Assembly: GCA_025558095.1 (NCBI GenBank) | Contig: JAIVFI010000006.1 | Span: 620,001-684,000, forward strand | Direction: 5' to 3' | Length of the DNA stretch: 64,000 bases | Origin: Hyaloraphidium curvatum SAG 235-1 | Lineage: Eukaryota > Fungi > Monoblepharomycota | In this document: in pieces, positions 25,878-37,630 of the stretch | Layout: every line of letters begins with the position of its first letter | How positions within the stretch are numbered: position 1 is the first letter of the stretch | The notes under the pieces: model-generated | Database searches by the model: none | The model's input: only the letters and a program-made list of their open reading frames with translations | Told to the model about the DNA's origin: nothing | Program-made: the position numbers and the translations under genes

Positions 25878-28800
25878 ATGTTCTCGTTCCAGACGCCGCG
25901 TGCGCGGCGGGCGGCGGCGGCGCGGCGCAGCCCCTTGTCTGTGGAGCGCGAGCGCGACGCGTTCGTGCCGCCCGCGGCCCGCGAGGCCGCGCCGCCCTCG
26001 CCCGCGCCATCGGCGTTCGACGCGCCGCCGCCGCCGCCGCGCGCGGAGCCGCCCGTTTACTGGACAAAGAACGACGTGCGCGCGCTGTCGGTCGCCGCGC
26101 CGCTGCCGCTGGACGCGCTGGACGCCGTGGTGCGCGCCGAGGAATGTGGGACGCGTCGCTGCTGGCACGGAGGCGCGTCGATCTCACCGTGGGCGCCCTT
26201 TCGCGCCATGCCGCTCCAGCAGGGGAGCCGTCGGGGGTCGTGCGCGGGTTTGCGGACCCCTACAGCGGCTGGGCGCTCGTTGCCGTGGGGAACCAGGGGT
26301 TCGCGTGGTCCGTCAAGGTTGGACGCCCTTTCCAGGGCCGGTGGCGCAGGCAGGCACTCTCTCGCCGTGCCGTCGACCGCCACAGTGCTCTCCCATTTTC
26401 ATGTGCCTGATGCCCCGTTCTGCTCGCCCAGGACCGGATCCGGCGGCTGCCGCAGTCGAACGTCCTCCAGTTCCTCTCCCACGATTCGCTCGTCTGCCTC
26501 ATCCCGCGCGGCGAGAACTCCCCTTACACCGCGGCGCTGGCGTGCACGGCTGATGGGAAGCTCCGGTTTTGGGACCAGATGTCGGTCGGCGTGGACCGGT
26601 TCCGGTCGACCGAGGTCATTCTCGACGACGGCGAGGTCATCACCACCATCGCCAACTGCGAGGTGAGACTCACCTTGGCGAGTCCTAAGAATTTGCTGCT
26701 GACATCTTCGGAATCAGCCCATCGGCATCATCCTCGCAACCAGCAACGGGCGCCTCATCCGCGTCTCCGTTCCCTCGGGCGCAACGGATTTCCAGACCGG
26801 AGTCTCGGCCGAGTTCATCGAGCGCGCCCGCGGCGGCATCTTTTCGCGCGTCGGGTCCCTTTTTGGGTCCTCTTCCTCGCAGCGGACCCACGCCGACGAG
26901 GTGGTGGCGATCGTCCCGGGCAAGGACAACGCCCGCACGGCCCGCAACGTCTTTGTCGTCGGCACGCGGACGTTGAAGCGGTGGATCGTGTCGCGGAGCG
27001 GTGGCCATGACGTGGGTCTGGTGGAGCTGCAAGTTGCAGCCGCGGTCTCATTCATTCGGCTTCCAGCTCGTTTACGACGAGGACATCGGCGGGTTGCTGG
27101 TGGAGAACATCTGCCGCGATATTGGAGTGGACCCCGAGCTGGCAGAGGGCTTGAGTCTGCGAGTCCTGGATGCCGCAATCAACAAGTGGGCTCGGTGTCG
27201 CAGTCAAATCCCCGAACCGGCTGACCCATCGTGCAGCAACAACCAACTCATCCTCCTCGTCTCCTACGTCGTCGACGACTCGGTCGTCAAGTTCTCCGCC
27301 TTCTGGATCGACTGCGAATGGACGCCCTCGGAACCCACCCCGCTGCTGGACCGCAAGGACTTTGCGGTGCAGCGGCACGTCGACGACCCCGTCCGCACTT
27401 CCCTCGTCGTCCCCTCGGGCGGCCCCGCGCTCGCCATCGTCTTCGAGGACGCCGTCGTGCTCTCCACCACCGACGTCGCGCAGCCGTACGAGGAGACGCT
27501 GCCCTTCTCGGACCGGTCGCACGCCGTGCGGGAGCGCATCGTCGGGCACGGCGCGCGGCCGCCATCCCTTGTGAGGGACGATGCCCAGCTCCGGGCTTCG
27601 ATGCTGCTGTGCTTTTCGCGGAGCGGGGCGGTGCTCGTCGAGTTCGACCTGGGGAACCTGGACGACAGCAGCGTGCCCAAGGCCGAATCGATCGAGGAGC
27701 CGTGAGTTGCCTGGTTGCTGCCCGCGGACTTGGGCGCTCATTTGCTCGACAGCACGGTCGACGACGAGATGCTGGAGGCGGAGGAGGATGACAAGGAGGT
27801 CCGCGGTCTGCAGGCGCTGCGCAACCAGATCGAGCAGGCCATCTTTTTCGCACAGGAACAGGTGCTTGGATTCCGAGGCTTTGTTCCCCTGTTGCTGACA
27901 TATGGCGCACCTCAGAACCCACTTGCTTTCAGGCTGGATGCCAGCCTGTCCGGCAACCTGGATACAGCGGTTTCGCAGATCAGCAACTCGATCGTGCGGT
28001 CGAGTGAGTCTTCTCGTTCGGCGATTGTGGCGCGTCTGTTGACCCCTTGCCATTTCAGAAATCAAGTACATCGACGAGATCGTGCAGACCAAGATGCAGC
28101 TGACAGAGAAGCAGGTCCGCTTGGATGCCCTCGCCTCCTTCCTGCGCGACAACGGGGCCCTCGCCCGCGTCTCCCCCGGCGTCCGCAAGGAGCTGTGCTG
28201 GAACGCGGAGAAGGTCGCCGCCGCCCTGCGGGGATGGCGCTTCCGCGAGGCGCAGGCAGGACGGCAGGGTCCGGCGGCGGAGCTGCTTCCGGCGGCCGTG
28301 GCGTCTTACCTGGACCGGAAGAGGATCCGGCGCGGAAACGACGTGCAGGACAACATCCGGACGTTCTTCAAGGACAACGTGGGTCCTACTGTATGTGCAC
28401 GGCTTCGCTGAAGCTCATCGCTTTTGGCTAGGTCGAGTACATCGGGGACCTTTTCACGGAATTGCAACTGGCTTGCAAGCGTTACGCGGAATCGCGAGAC
28501 TCGGCGTCCCAGTTACCCGTGCTGGTGGAGGCTAACAAGATCCTCATTGTAAGGTTGATATGCGTGGTGGAGCGTCCGTCATTCTGAGCGTTCCAAACCC
28601 AGGGACTGTACGAGGCCGCGCTTCAGTACCGTGCCGCGCACAGCCAGGCCTACATGCTCGAGGACGGTTTCTTGTCGGAGCCCTGGACATGTGGGGCCTG
28701 TTGGCGAGGCTTCACGCAGCTGTCGCTTACCCCCTGTTCATCAGGCACCGAGAGCATGATCACCGTTTTCCACGACCAGATCTTCGCCACTTTCCAGGCC

Positions 28801-30554
28801 CTGCAAGCCCCCGGCGTTGCGTCGCAGAGTGCCGCGATGGACGTGGATCTGGAGGAGGCCGACGGAAACGGTTCTAGCCTCGCGGATCAGCTTAGGGAGC
28901 AGATGGCACCCCTGGCATCGAACCTTTTGGCGTCATTCACGGAACGAATCCGGTTCATGGAAAGGTATTGTCGACACGCAGAGCCTGGCGCAAAATCTGA
29001 CCCTCGCAAACAGTCAATTACCGGCGACAACAACGGCTACGGCGCAGCTCAAGGACCGGTATGTTGATCTGCGGTCACGCGTCATTCAGAATCTCGGTGC
29101 GTGGCATCGAGCTTTCGCGCCCTACCTCGGTCTGACGGCATTCGGCGTGCCCTCTTGCAGTCAAGCTCGGAAAGCCTGATGTTGCCTTTGGTCTGGCGGA
29201 CGCTTACGAGGACTTCGGTGCCCTGAGCGACCTCATCTTTTCTGCTCCACCTGCAAAGCGGGAAGCGGACGTTCGGCTGTTTGCGAACAAGTACCAGCAC
29301 GCATTCACCGACGTTTTCTTCGGGAAGCTCGTCGAAGGAGGTGCGTGTCGTCCTCGTTTTCCGAAGTCCTGGCTCATTGTTTGTGCTTCAGCCAAGTTTG
29401 CCGAGCTCCTGCAGCAACCTGATGAGCTTTCTGATTACCTCACCGCCTTTTTCGATTCCCGAACCTTGCCCGGTGTTGCCTGGATGCACTTTGTTCGCGT
29501 TGGGGATCTCGAAAGAGCCGCGAGGAGCCTTTCCGCATCCGCGAAGGGGGAGGCGGGCGCGGGCGGCCGGCTCGTGGCGCTGAACCTGGCCAAGCTGGCC
29601 GTGGCGGCGTCGGATCCCGACGAGGTCTTCCTCACCGGCTCCCCGTCCAACAAGGAGCTCGAGCTGCTTGCGCTCGAGTCGCGGTTGGCGGAGAGCTGCG
29701 AGAGCGTCGCGGCCGACTTCAAGGAGACCATGGACAATCTCGTGCCTGTTCATCAGGAACCCGCGGGCTTCGACGCAAAGCTGGAGAAGCTCGTCGAGCT
29801 GACCTGCGCGGGGGACGAACGCGTCGCCGCACTTGCCGAGCTCTACAGGAGCCTGCTTGGCCAGCTTATGAAGGGCAACGTCGTAACGGTCGAAGAGCTG
29901 GTGGACATTCTGACGTTGCGCATGGGAGACGCCGAGTCCGAGTACGATAGCTTCAGGTCGGCGCTGGCGGCCATCGCCGAACTCAACATGGTGTGTTCGC
30001 ATGCGTGCTTTCTGGTGCACCAACGCTCAACTCTGCTGCAGCTCGTGCCCAACTCCAAACGAAGACAGGATACGTTGCTCGCCATCTGGCGACGCGCGAT
30101 CTTGAGGAATGAGTAGGCGTTTGTGGCTTGGCAATCCGGGATTCTGCTGACGTGTATTCCTCCAGCTGGCGCGGTATCGATCCGGATAATGACGCGGAGG
30201 AACGGTTACAGAACACGGTTGTCTACGCGCTAATGATGGAGTGCTTGGAGGAGGGTTGGTGCTTCTCCTCGGTTGCGGTGGGATTGCTCTCTAAACTTTG
30301 TCCCCACAGGACTCGGAATCTATCTTCCTCGCTCTGTTCGGCACATGCTGGAACCACCTTTGCTCGAGAACACGAAGGCGCGATTTCCGCTGCTGTCCGA
30401 GCTTGAGGTGGACCGGATATGGCAGGCGATCGAGCACGAGTGCAACACCGTGAAGAGGCTCGTGGACGACCACGATCTGGAAACGCTCTACAAAACGACC
30501 TTGCAGACGGCGGAACGGGACTTTCAGGCAGGGGCGTCGGGGGAGCAGGCATGA
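25878..30554 (+). CDS. NUP133: Nucleoporin Nup133 (multi-exon)
   Basis: N-terminal propeller ('GFADPYSGWALV', 'GIILATSNGRL'), solenoid ('ELCWNAEKVAAA', 'PWTC', 'LADAYEDFGAL', 'LALNLAKLA', 'ELVDILTL', 'IWRRAILRN'). Confidence 0.82.
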
Positions 30555-30641
30555 GGCGGCTTGGACCCGGATAGAAACTCTTTCGACATGGCCACGGCGC
30601 GGATACCAACGATTCCAGAATGTACAGGTTTATTCACCAGA

Positions 30642-31549
30642 TTACACCAGTTGCTGTTGAGGAGTTGAAACGGAGTTCAGCAAACGTCCCAGGAGTCGGC
30701 AGCAAAGAACCAACCTCGAAAGGCAGCGGGGCCAGCGTCTCTGGTGCGTTCGTCTCCGTGACCTTGATGAACCGCGCGCCCTTGGGCTTTGTCGGCTCGC
30801 GCTTGAGCGAAACGAACACGCCCTTCTCCTTGGCCTCCTTCCGCTTCAGCTCGTTCTCCTTAACCCTCTTCAAGAAGCCCTCCCGCGACCGCGACTTCCG
30901 GATGTGCTCGATCCGGATGTTCACCCGCTTCTCGATGTACCGGTGGCCCACCCGCTTGTGCACGATGATGCCGACGGCGTGGGGGGTCACGTTGTACACA
31001 ATGCCGGTTTTGCTGGGAACGGGAAGGGGTGTTGGCACGCGTCAGAGGATCCCATGGGCCCGCGCAGCGTGCTCGTCCGGCATATCCTCCCTCGGTCGTC
31101 CATCGCAGCAGCAGTCCACCGTCCCGTCCGAGCAGGTGCTCCAGCGGCGACGGTCCCGAACCCGGCCCCCCGAACCCGGCCCACACCGCCCCCCCCCCCC
31201 CGCGAACCCATCGCCCGCTCCGCCTCCAGTTCCCGCAGTGGTCCGACCGATGCTTACCCGTGGTAGAATTTGTGGGGCATGCCCTTGTGAATGGCACCGT
31301 TGCCCTTGATGTCGACGACATCCCCGACCTTGAAGTTGATAAGGTAGGTGGAGAGCGGGATGGAGCCCTTCGTCCGGAACTTCCGGGCGAAAAGGTAGCG
31401 CGTGCGCGCCCTCAGACCGAAGCTGGGACCGGGGAAGCGGCGGGGAGTGCGGGAGAGAGGATCCGGCGAAGGCGGGGCGGAGTAGCGTCGGGCTGGGCTC
31501 AGACGCGGCCCAGCGACGCAGCAAGCGGTTGTGCTGACCTGTGAGGCAT
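30642..31549 (-). CDS. RPL21: 60S ribosomal protein L21 (eL21; multi-exon)
   Basis: '[20 protein letters not shown]', '[38 protein letters not shown]', '[14 protein letters not shown]'. Confidence 0.95.
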
Positions 31550-31745
31550 ATTTTCTCCCGGCCTAGATTCCTCCTCCTAGGTCCACCCTGTACCGGCGTG
31601 CCAGAGAGAGCGTGCGTTCCGGGGGGCGTGGCTCTGAGACGATAAACACGTCGCCAAACCGCCGATTCAACCCAACCGTGAAACCCCTTACGGACCACCG
31701 CCCTGTGGAGCCAATCTGTTGCTCAATGGCGCCCGGGACGAGGCA

Positions 31746-32497
31746 ATGGACTCCAAGGACGCGGAGACGATAGAAGGGTGCGTCGTTCCCATGCGATGGC
31801 CCGGGATCGGAGCCTGAATGAGGTTCTCTCGCAGCTCGGAGGAGGGCGACCGGGAAGGGAGAGACGAGGTCGGTCTCCAAGTCCTCGGGCTTCCCGGACG
31901 ATCAATATTCATTCATCGCGTACCTCCAGGAATCTATTGTGCAGTACTATGGGTTCGCCGTGTACCTGGCGACCTACCTCTGCTTCGGCACGTCTTCTCG
32001 ATCTATGGTCCCGCTACAAAGTCCCGCTTACCGGTTTCCGACGATCCAGGACTCTATATTGCCTGGGCATATCTGCCGGAACATGTCCTGGAAAGCATGG
32101 GGATCACCTACTACCCTAATCGGCATGTTCCCGCTCCCTGGACGATCGGTCTTCTGGACTTCACGCTTACGCCGTTCCCGCAGGTGGTGGGCCCTGGCAG
32201 TGCCGTCGTGGCTCATCATGCTCATACCCTTCATCCTGGTGATGTTCACCGGCATGAACCTTGCGCGGACGCTCCCCCTGGACTCGGTCTATACCATCAC
32301 CGGTGGGCAGAGACGCACTCGTGCAGCACCGCATACCAACCGCCTCCAATGCAGACGACCATGCCGTCCTCATGTCGCGCGAGGAGGTGCTGTATCCGAC
32401 GTACCAGGATCCCGACTTTCACCCCGAGCTCCAGGACATCCCCCTCGGCGTCGTGAACCAGATCCTGTACGGGAATCCCGACGAAGATGGCCAATAA
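31746..32497 (+). CDS. GPI19: GPI-GlcNAc transferase subunit PIG-P/Gpi19 (multi-exon; start approximate)
   Basis: 'EYYGFAVYL', 'LYIAWAYLPEHVLESMGITYYPNRWWALAVPSW', 'QDIPLGVVNQILY'. Confidence 0.88.
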
Positions 32498-32610
32498 AGG
32501 CAAAAGAATGGAGCAGGAAGCGAAGAAAGCAGGCTCCCAGAAAGCCAGAAAGGCGCAGTTCCGTCGTATTGCAGTGTCCAGTAGCCCAACATACACCCGC
32601 CCAGTCGCGC

Positions 32611-33148
32611 CTATATCGCGTTGGGGCTGGCGAGCGAAATGCAGGTCAGAGACAGCATCTGGCATCGCCATAAACCGATGACCCACTTGCTGGCGATCTT
32701 TTCGACGGCCTGCTTCACCGTGAAGATCGACTCGGCCTCCTCGTCCGGCAGCTCGACGTTGAACTCCTCCTCGATGGCCATGGTCACCTCGACCGTGTCC
32801 AGGGAGTCCAGCCCGAGGTCCGTCATGAAGTTGGCTTCCGGCGAGATCTGGGAGGGCACCGATGCGCGTTCAGCGAAGCGATGCGAGGGCGGCGGCCATC
32901 CCGCGCCCAATCCCGGCGGCATCCGCGAGCGGCGCCCCGAGCCGACTCACTTTCGACGGGTCGACCTTGTCGAAGCCCTTCAGCACGCCCACGATCCGCT
33001 CCTGGATTTCGTCCTTCGACAGGCCGCCACCGCCGCCGGCGTATGTTCGGGCGAGCAGCGCGCCGCGCGCCGGCGCGATGGGCGCGGGGCGCGCGACGGC
33101 GCGCGTCAGCGAGAGCGCGGTTGGCCGGCGGAGCAGCGCGCGAAGCAT
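32611..33148 (-). CDS. ACP1: Mitochondrial acyl carrier protein
   Basis: Presequence plus '[26 protein letters not shown]' phosphopantetheine motif. Confidence 0.95.
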
Positions 33149-33208
33149 CGCGGGCGGGGGAGCAGGTCAAGTCAGCGACAGGAGTCGAGCCGCATCACTC
33201 GCGACCAA

Positions 33209-35115
33209 ATGGAAGCCAACCGCACCCCACGCGACGCGGCCGTCCAGACAGTGCCCGTCACGCAGATCGATCGAGAGCTCCTCGTCGTATGCGGCGCGGA
33301 GGACGCGGGCTGGCCGGACGAGACTCCGGGCGGCCCTTGGGCCGAATGCAGGCTTGCGTGCACGGTCCGCCTCGATTACCTCGGTTTGAAGCCGCGAACC
33401 GGGGACGAGGAGCTCGACGTCGAGCAGCTGGACTTGCTTCCAGTCGTTGCCGGCGCGCCGCACGTGCAGGTGGCCTTTGAGGTGCTCGCGAACGGGCGAT
33501 CGCATACGGAAGTCGCCGAGCGCTTTGGCAACTCGTTACTCCTGCGGAAGCTGACGACGGGTGCTGCGGAATGGGACTGGCTCTTTTTCCTCGGCTATTC
33601 TCTCGAGCCTGATCCTTTGGAGGAGGCCAGGAAGCGGATCGGGCCCGCCTCCGCCGGCGGAACAGGTGGACATCGAGAGTCGAGGGGCACGCGCCAACTG
33701 CTTTTTGACCGATTCATTCTGGCAGCCTTCTACAAGTTGGTACAGCCGAAAGCTTCCACATCGGCGTCCAGTGCTTCCGATCGTGGAGTTCCGCGGGCCG
33801 CCTCCAATTCGTACGGGGTCCTCTCGCGAATCACCTTCTGCTTCGATTTCGCCGGCCGCTCGACGGCGACAAAGACGATCTCGGCCAGAATCGCGCAGAT
33901 GGGGGAGGATGCGGACTCGGTGGAGTGGAAGGCGATGCAGTGGTGCCTACGCACTGCGGCGCGGAAACTCCGATCGCGCTGGCCTTCCGCCTTCGCCTCG
34001 CCGTCCTATCACGAGGCAAGGGAGTCTCCAGTAGTTTCACGTCCTCGTAGACTGATCTTTTGCCTCGCGTGCCGCGCAGTTTATGGCCGCGAAGCTGGAG
34101 TACGCCGATTCCATCGCAGCCTCCCTGGCATCAATCATCGCCAACTCCGAGGAAGCGGACGCCCAGGAATGTCGATCACGTCTCGAGGCAAGGAAGCTGG
34201 CCAATCAGTAAAGCGGATGATGACGGGAAATCTCCGTCGGCAGACGATAAAGGTTCCCCAGCTCAGCGGCGAGGACGAACAAGATCCAGACGAGGTCGAA
34301 ATGCTCACAACATCGATCGTCGAAGGGCTGCGACTTGCCGCCCGACGTTCCTTTCTCGCTGCTGACGAGGCCAAGGTAAGATCTTCCTGATTTGAAAGGA
34401 AGTCCCATTGACGCATGCAAATCACGATGCCGTCCAGGACACGAACTCGCTGAGGAACGAGCTCGACCAGCGCATCCGCGAACAAGCTAACGTCGCGAGA
34501 ACGCTGGCGGATCAGGAGGCCGTTGCTTCCGAAGTGAGCGAAGGTGCTTCGGCGAGTGCCGACGGCGCCTCTGAGAATGATCACGATCCGATCGACGAAC
34601 TCGCCGAGGGGGCACTCGACGGATCCGATGGCTCTGACCACGAGGGCTCTGAGGATCCTGGCCGCGAGAGCGGCCGCACGTCGCTTACGGATGGGATGTT
34701 TTCCCTGCCTCCGAGTCCTCGCTCCGAGCCCGCGGAGCTCGATCGTGCACTCGATGACGATGCGATGATGGAGGCCAGCTTCCTCGTGCCGAGTGCCGAT
34801 CATAGCTTCCTCCTGGATCCTGGTGATGGCTCGTTGAGCCAAAACGGTAACGGTGTCAGCGCGGGCACGCAGACGGCGCTCGATGGGTTCGAAGCCCTGT
34901 GGACGTCGACGCCGGGCTTCGAGCTGGAGCCGCCAACACTCAGAGCCGCTGAAGCTTTTGCCGGCGCGACCTCTGCTGGAGCCTTGGACTCCATGTTTGA
35001 CGACCATGAACCCGAACCGGCGCCGTCGGGGGCGGCTGAATCACCCATGATGGAATGGGAAGCCGACGTCGGACCCGGCGAGGGCCACCTGAAGAGCGAT
35101 GACTTTGGATGGTGA
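33209..35115 (+). CDS. Hypothetical protein, candidate meiotic TopoVIB-like (MTOPVIB/TOP6BL-like) with acidic tail
   Basis: Proposed introns 34016(or 34031)-34079, 34188-34243 and 34376-34437 give '..LRTAARKLRSRWPSAFASPSYHEFMAAKLEYADSIAASLASIIANSEEADAQECRSRLE..'; family call is tentative. Confidence 0.5.
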
Positions 35116-35218
35116 TCGCGGGACTCGATAGAAGCGTCTGGCATGCTTGCTGTAGTGCAACACGGCCCCGATACAGCTCGGCCCTGTACAACCGCATCGC
35201 ACCTCGCCGTCAGGTCGT

Positions 35219-36077
35219 CTACTCCTCCTCCTCGGCCTCGTCGCCCTTCTCCGCGGCCTTCATCCGCTTCCGCTTGTTGCGACCGGGGCGGCCGCCGCCG
35301 AAGGGAGAGGTGAGGGCGAAGTCGATGTGTTTCTGCGACGAGGAGTATTGTCAGCAACCGTCCAATGAAACCCCAGAAAGCATTCGTGTCCGTGAGCGGC
35401 CAGACATAGGGCCACACCAGTGTCGAAGACGGCCGCGTAGCATTCCATCGCGGGACCATTTCCTTTTTCCCCCAGTCGACCCAAATACCATCGCACCGAA
35501 GCTCCCGCTACTCACTTGCGAGGTCAGGCGGACCACGAAGCTGGGGATGTTCACGATCTGCTTGCCGACCCGGATGTGCCTCTGCCGGATGAGCACGCGG
35601 GCGTGGTGCACCGACTTGGCCAGCCCAAGCTTGAAGACCTGGGTCTGCAGCCTCCGCTCCAGGAAATCCTCGATCTTGAGGCCGAGCACGTAATCGAGCT
35701 TGGCCTTACTCTCGTCGAGCACGCCGATGCGGATGAGCCGCCGGATGAGCGCGTTGCCCTCGAACAGCCGCTTGGGATCCTTCTCCTCGAGCGTGAGCAG
35801 CTCACGGGCGGCACGCCGGATGTTGGACAGCATGAACCCGATGCGCCAGATTTCGCGCTTGTTCTTCAGGCCGAACTCGCCGATGAGCTTGAGTTCCTGG
35901 TCGAGACGCTCGGCCTCGAAGGGCCGCCTGGGCACCTTCGACACCTTCGAGTCTGCAGCGGCCAAAAAAGACACACGAAAGACGACGTGGCAGGCAACGC
36001 GCAGGGTCGAGAGCAACGGGGTCAGCACACTGCGATGCGGCTCGCCAGGGGGGATACTCGCAGTTGGGCCGCGGCAT
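35219..36077 (-). CDS. RPS9: 40S ribosomal protein S9 (uS4); GC-AG first intron
   Basis: '[30 protein letters not shown]', '[30 protein letters not shown]', '[18 protein letters not shown]'. Confidence 0.96.
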
Positions 36078-36356
36078 TGTGGTTCAGGTCCGCTGTGGTC
36101 GCGAACGGGAACGCTCCGCAGGACACAGAGCACGCGGGGTCGGCGGTAGCCGAGGCCCGGTGGAATCCGCTAGGTCGCCGTAGACGCGGCGGCTCTAACG
36201 GTGCTCGCGTGGGACAGCGAGCGAGGCAGTGAGACGTTTGGCGCTTGGGGAGCTCGGACGGGCGAGGCTGTGAACCTCTGGGGTGCGAAAATGGATTGGT
36301 CCCATAATTGGAGCCCGTCGCCAGAGCCCACTAGTATCGCTCTCCACGCCGCCAGG

Positions 36357-37347
36357 ATGGTGCGACCGGCCACCCGCCCCTCCGGAGGGACTGGAACTGA
36401 TGTTTATTGCCCGTTGCCGCTGTGTGGGCTCTCCGGGAGCAGATTCAGTTCCTCCTCCTCGTGAACCGACAGGTGGGCCCGCTCCGTGCCCCGCTGGACC
36501 CCGCACCGACGCAGCCTCGCAGGGAAAGCCGCGGCTGGCGCGATGGTACACGACGCTGACGACCAAGGAGAAGAACCGCCTGATGAAGGACATCACGACC
36601 GTCGTCATCTCGCGGACCCCGAAGATGACCAACGTCATAGAGCACAAGGGTGCGTTGGTTTCCGGAGGCCGTGAGCACCTCGCGGAGTATTCTAACGCCA
36701 TCTATCCAGAGGCCAAGATCATCTACCGGAGGTGCGGGCGAGTTGGTGCGCGTCTCCCGGCGCTGTTGACGCTGGCGACAGATACGCGAGCCTCTTTTTC
36801 ATCTGCGGGGTGGACCAGGAGGAGAACGAGCTCATTGCTTTGGAGGTCATTCACCGATACGTGGAGGTGGGATGCTGCGACAATGGCTTTGTTCGCCGTC
36901 GCTCACGACCTCCCGCGAACATCGCCTTGCGCGGCAACGAACAGCTTCTGGACCGCTACTTTGTACGTCACTACTCTTCTTTCCTTCCTTTGCCTCTAAA
37001 GCTCCGTTGCGGCAGGGAAACGTGTGCGAGCTGGACATTATCTGTCAGTATCTCCGTGACCACCGGGCGTCAACAGCATCGCTGACATTCCCACAGACTC
37101 GTTCGACAAGGTGTCTTATGTGTTGGACGAGCTCATCGAGGCGGGAGAGGTGGTCGAAACGAGCAAGAAGGCGGCGTTGAAGGCCGTTTCGCAGCAAGAT
37201 GCCCTGGCAGATAGCCCGGTATGCGGCGGACAGCTTTCAGACACGAGATCGGTCTTCTGACGTTTCGCTCTCGCGCAGGACGAGGAGGCCGCCAAGGAGC
37301 AGCAGCCGGTTGCTGGGGGCGTGAGTCGGTTCACACATTACGGTTGA
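36357..37347 (+). CDS. APS1: Clathrin adaptor sigma subunit, AP-1 type (multi-exon; 3' end approximate)
   Basis: '[20 protein letters not shown]', '[15 protein letters not shown]', '[15 protein letters not shown]'. Confidence 0.88.
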
Positions 37348-37630
37348 AGGACGGGCGAAAGTGGAGAGCAGTCGATACCCGATCTCTTTGTGCACATGGC
37401 ATGCCGAGTACTACGATTTCGTCTAGCATTGATTCGAATCGGCCTTGTCAACGGACGAAGTTGCGGGGGACGCCTTCACGTGCTTCGATCGGCCAACTCC
37501 CTTCTGTTGCGAAGTTCCGTCCTGTTCGCACGTGCGGCCGCCGGGGGTCGCTCGAGCATTTCATCCCGGCACGCCGTGCCTGCAGCCGCTTTATCGACAG
37601 CGTACCCCGTCGGGGGGGTGGCAGCGGCCG

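Noticed and set aside
31014-31255. Long RPL21 intron with a G-run as a possible snoRNA host
   Set aside because: No convincing C/D (RUGAUGA..CUGA) or H/ACA architecture visible; ribosomal protein introns are commonly longer
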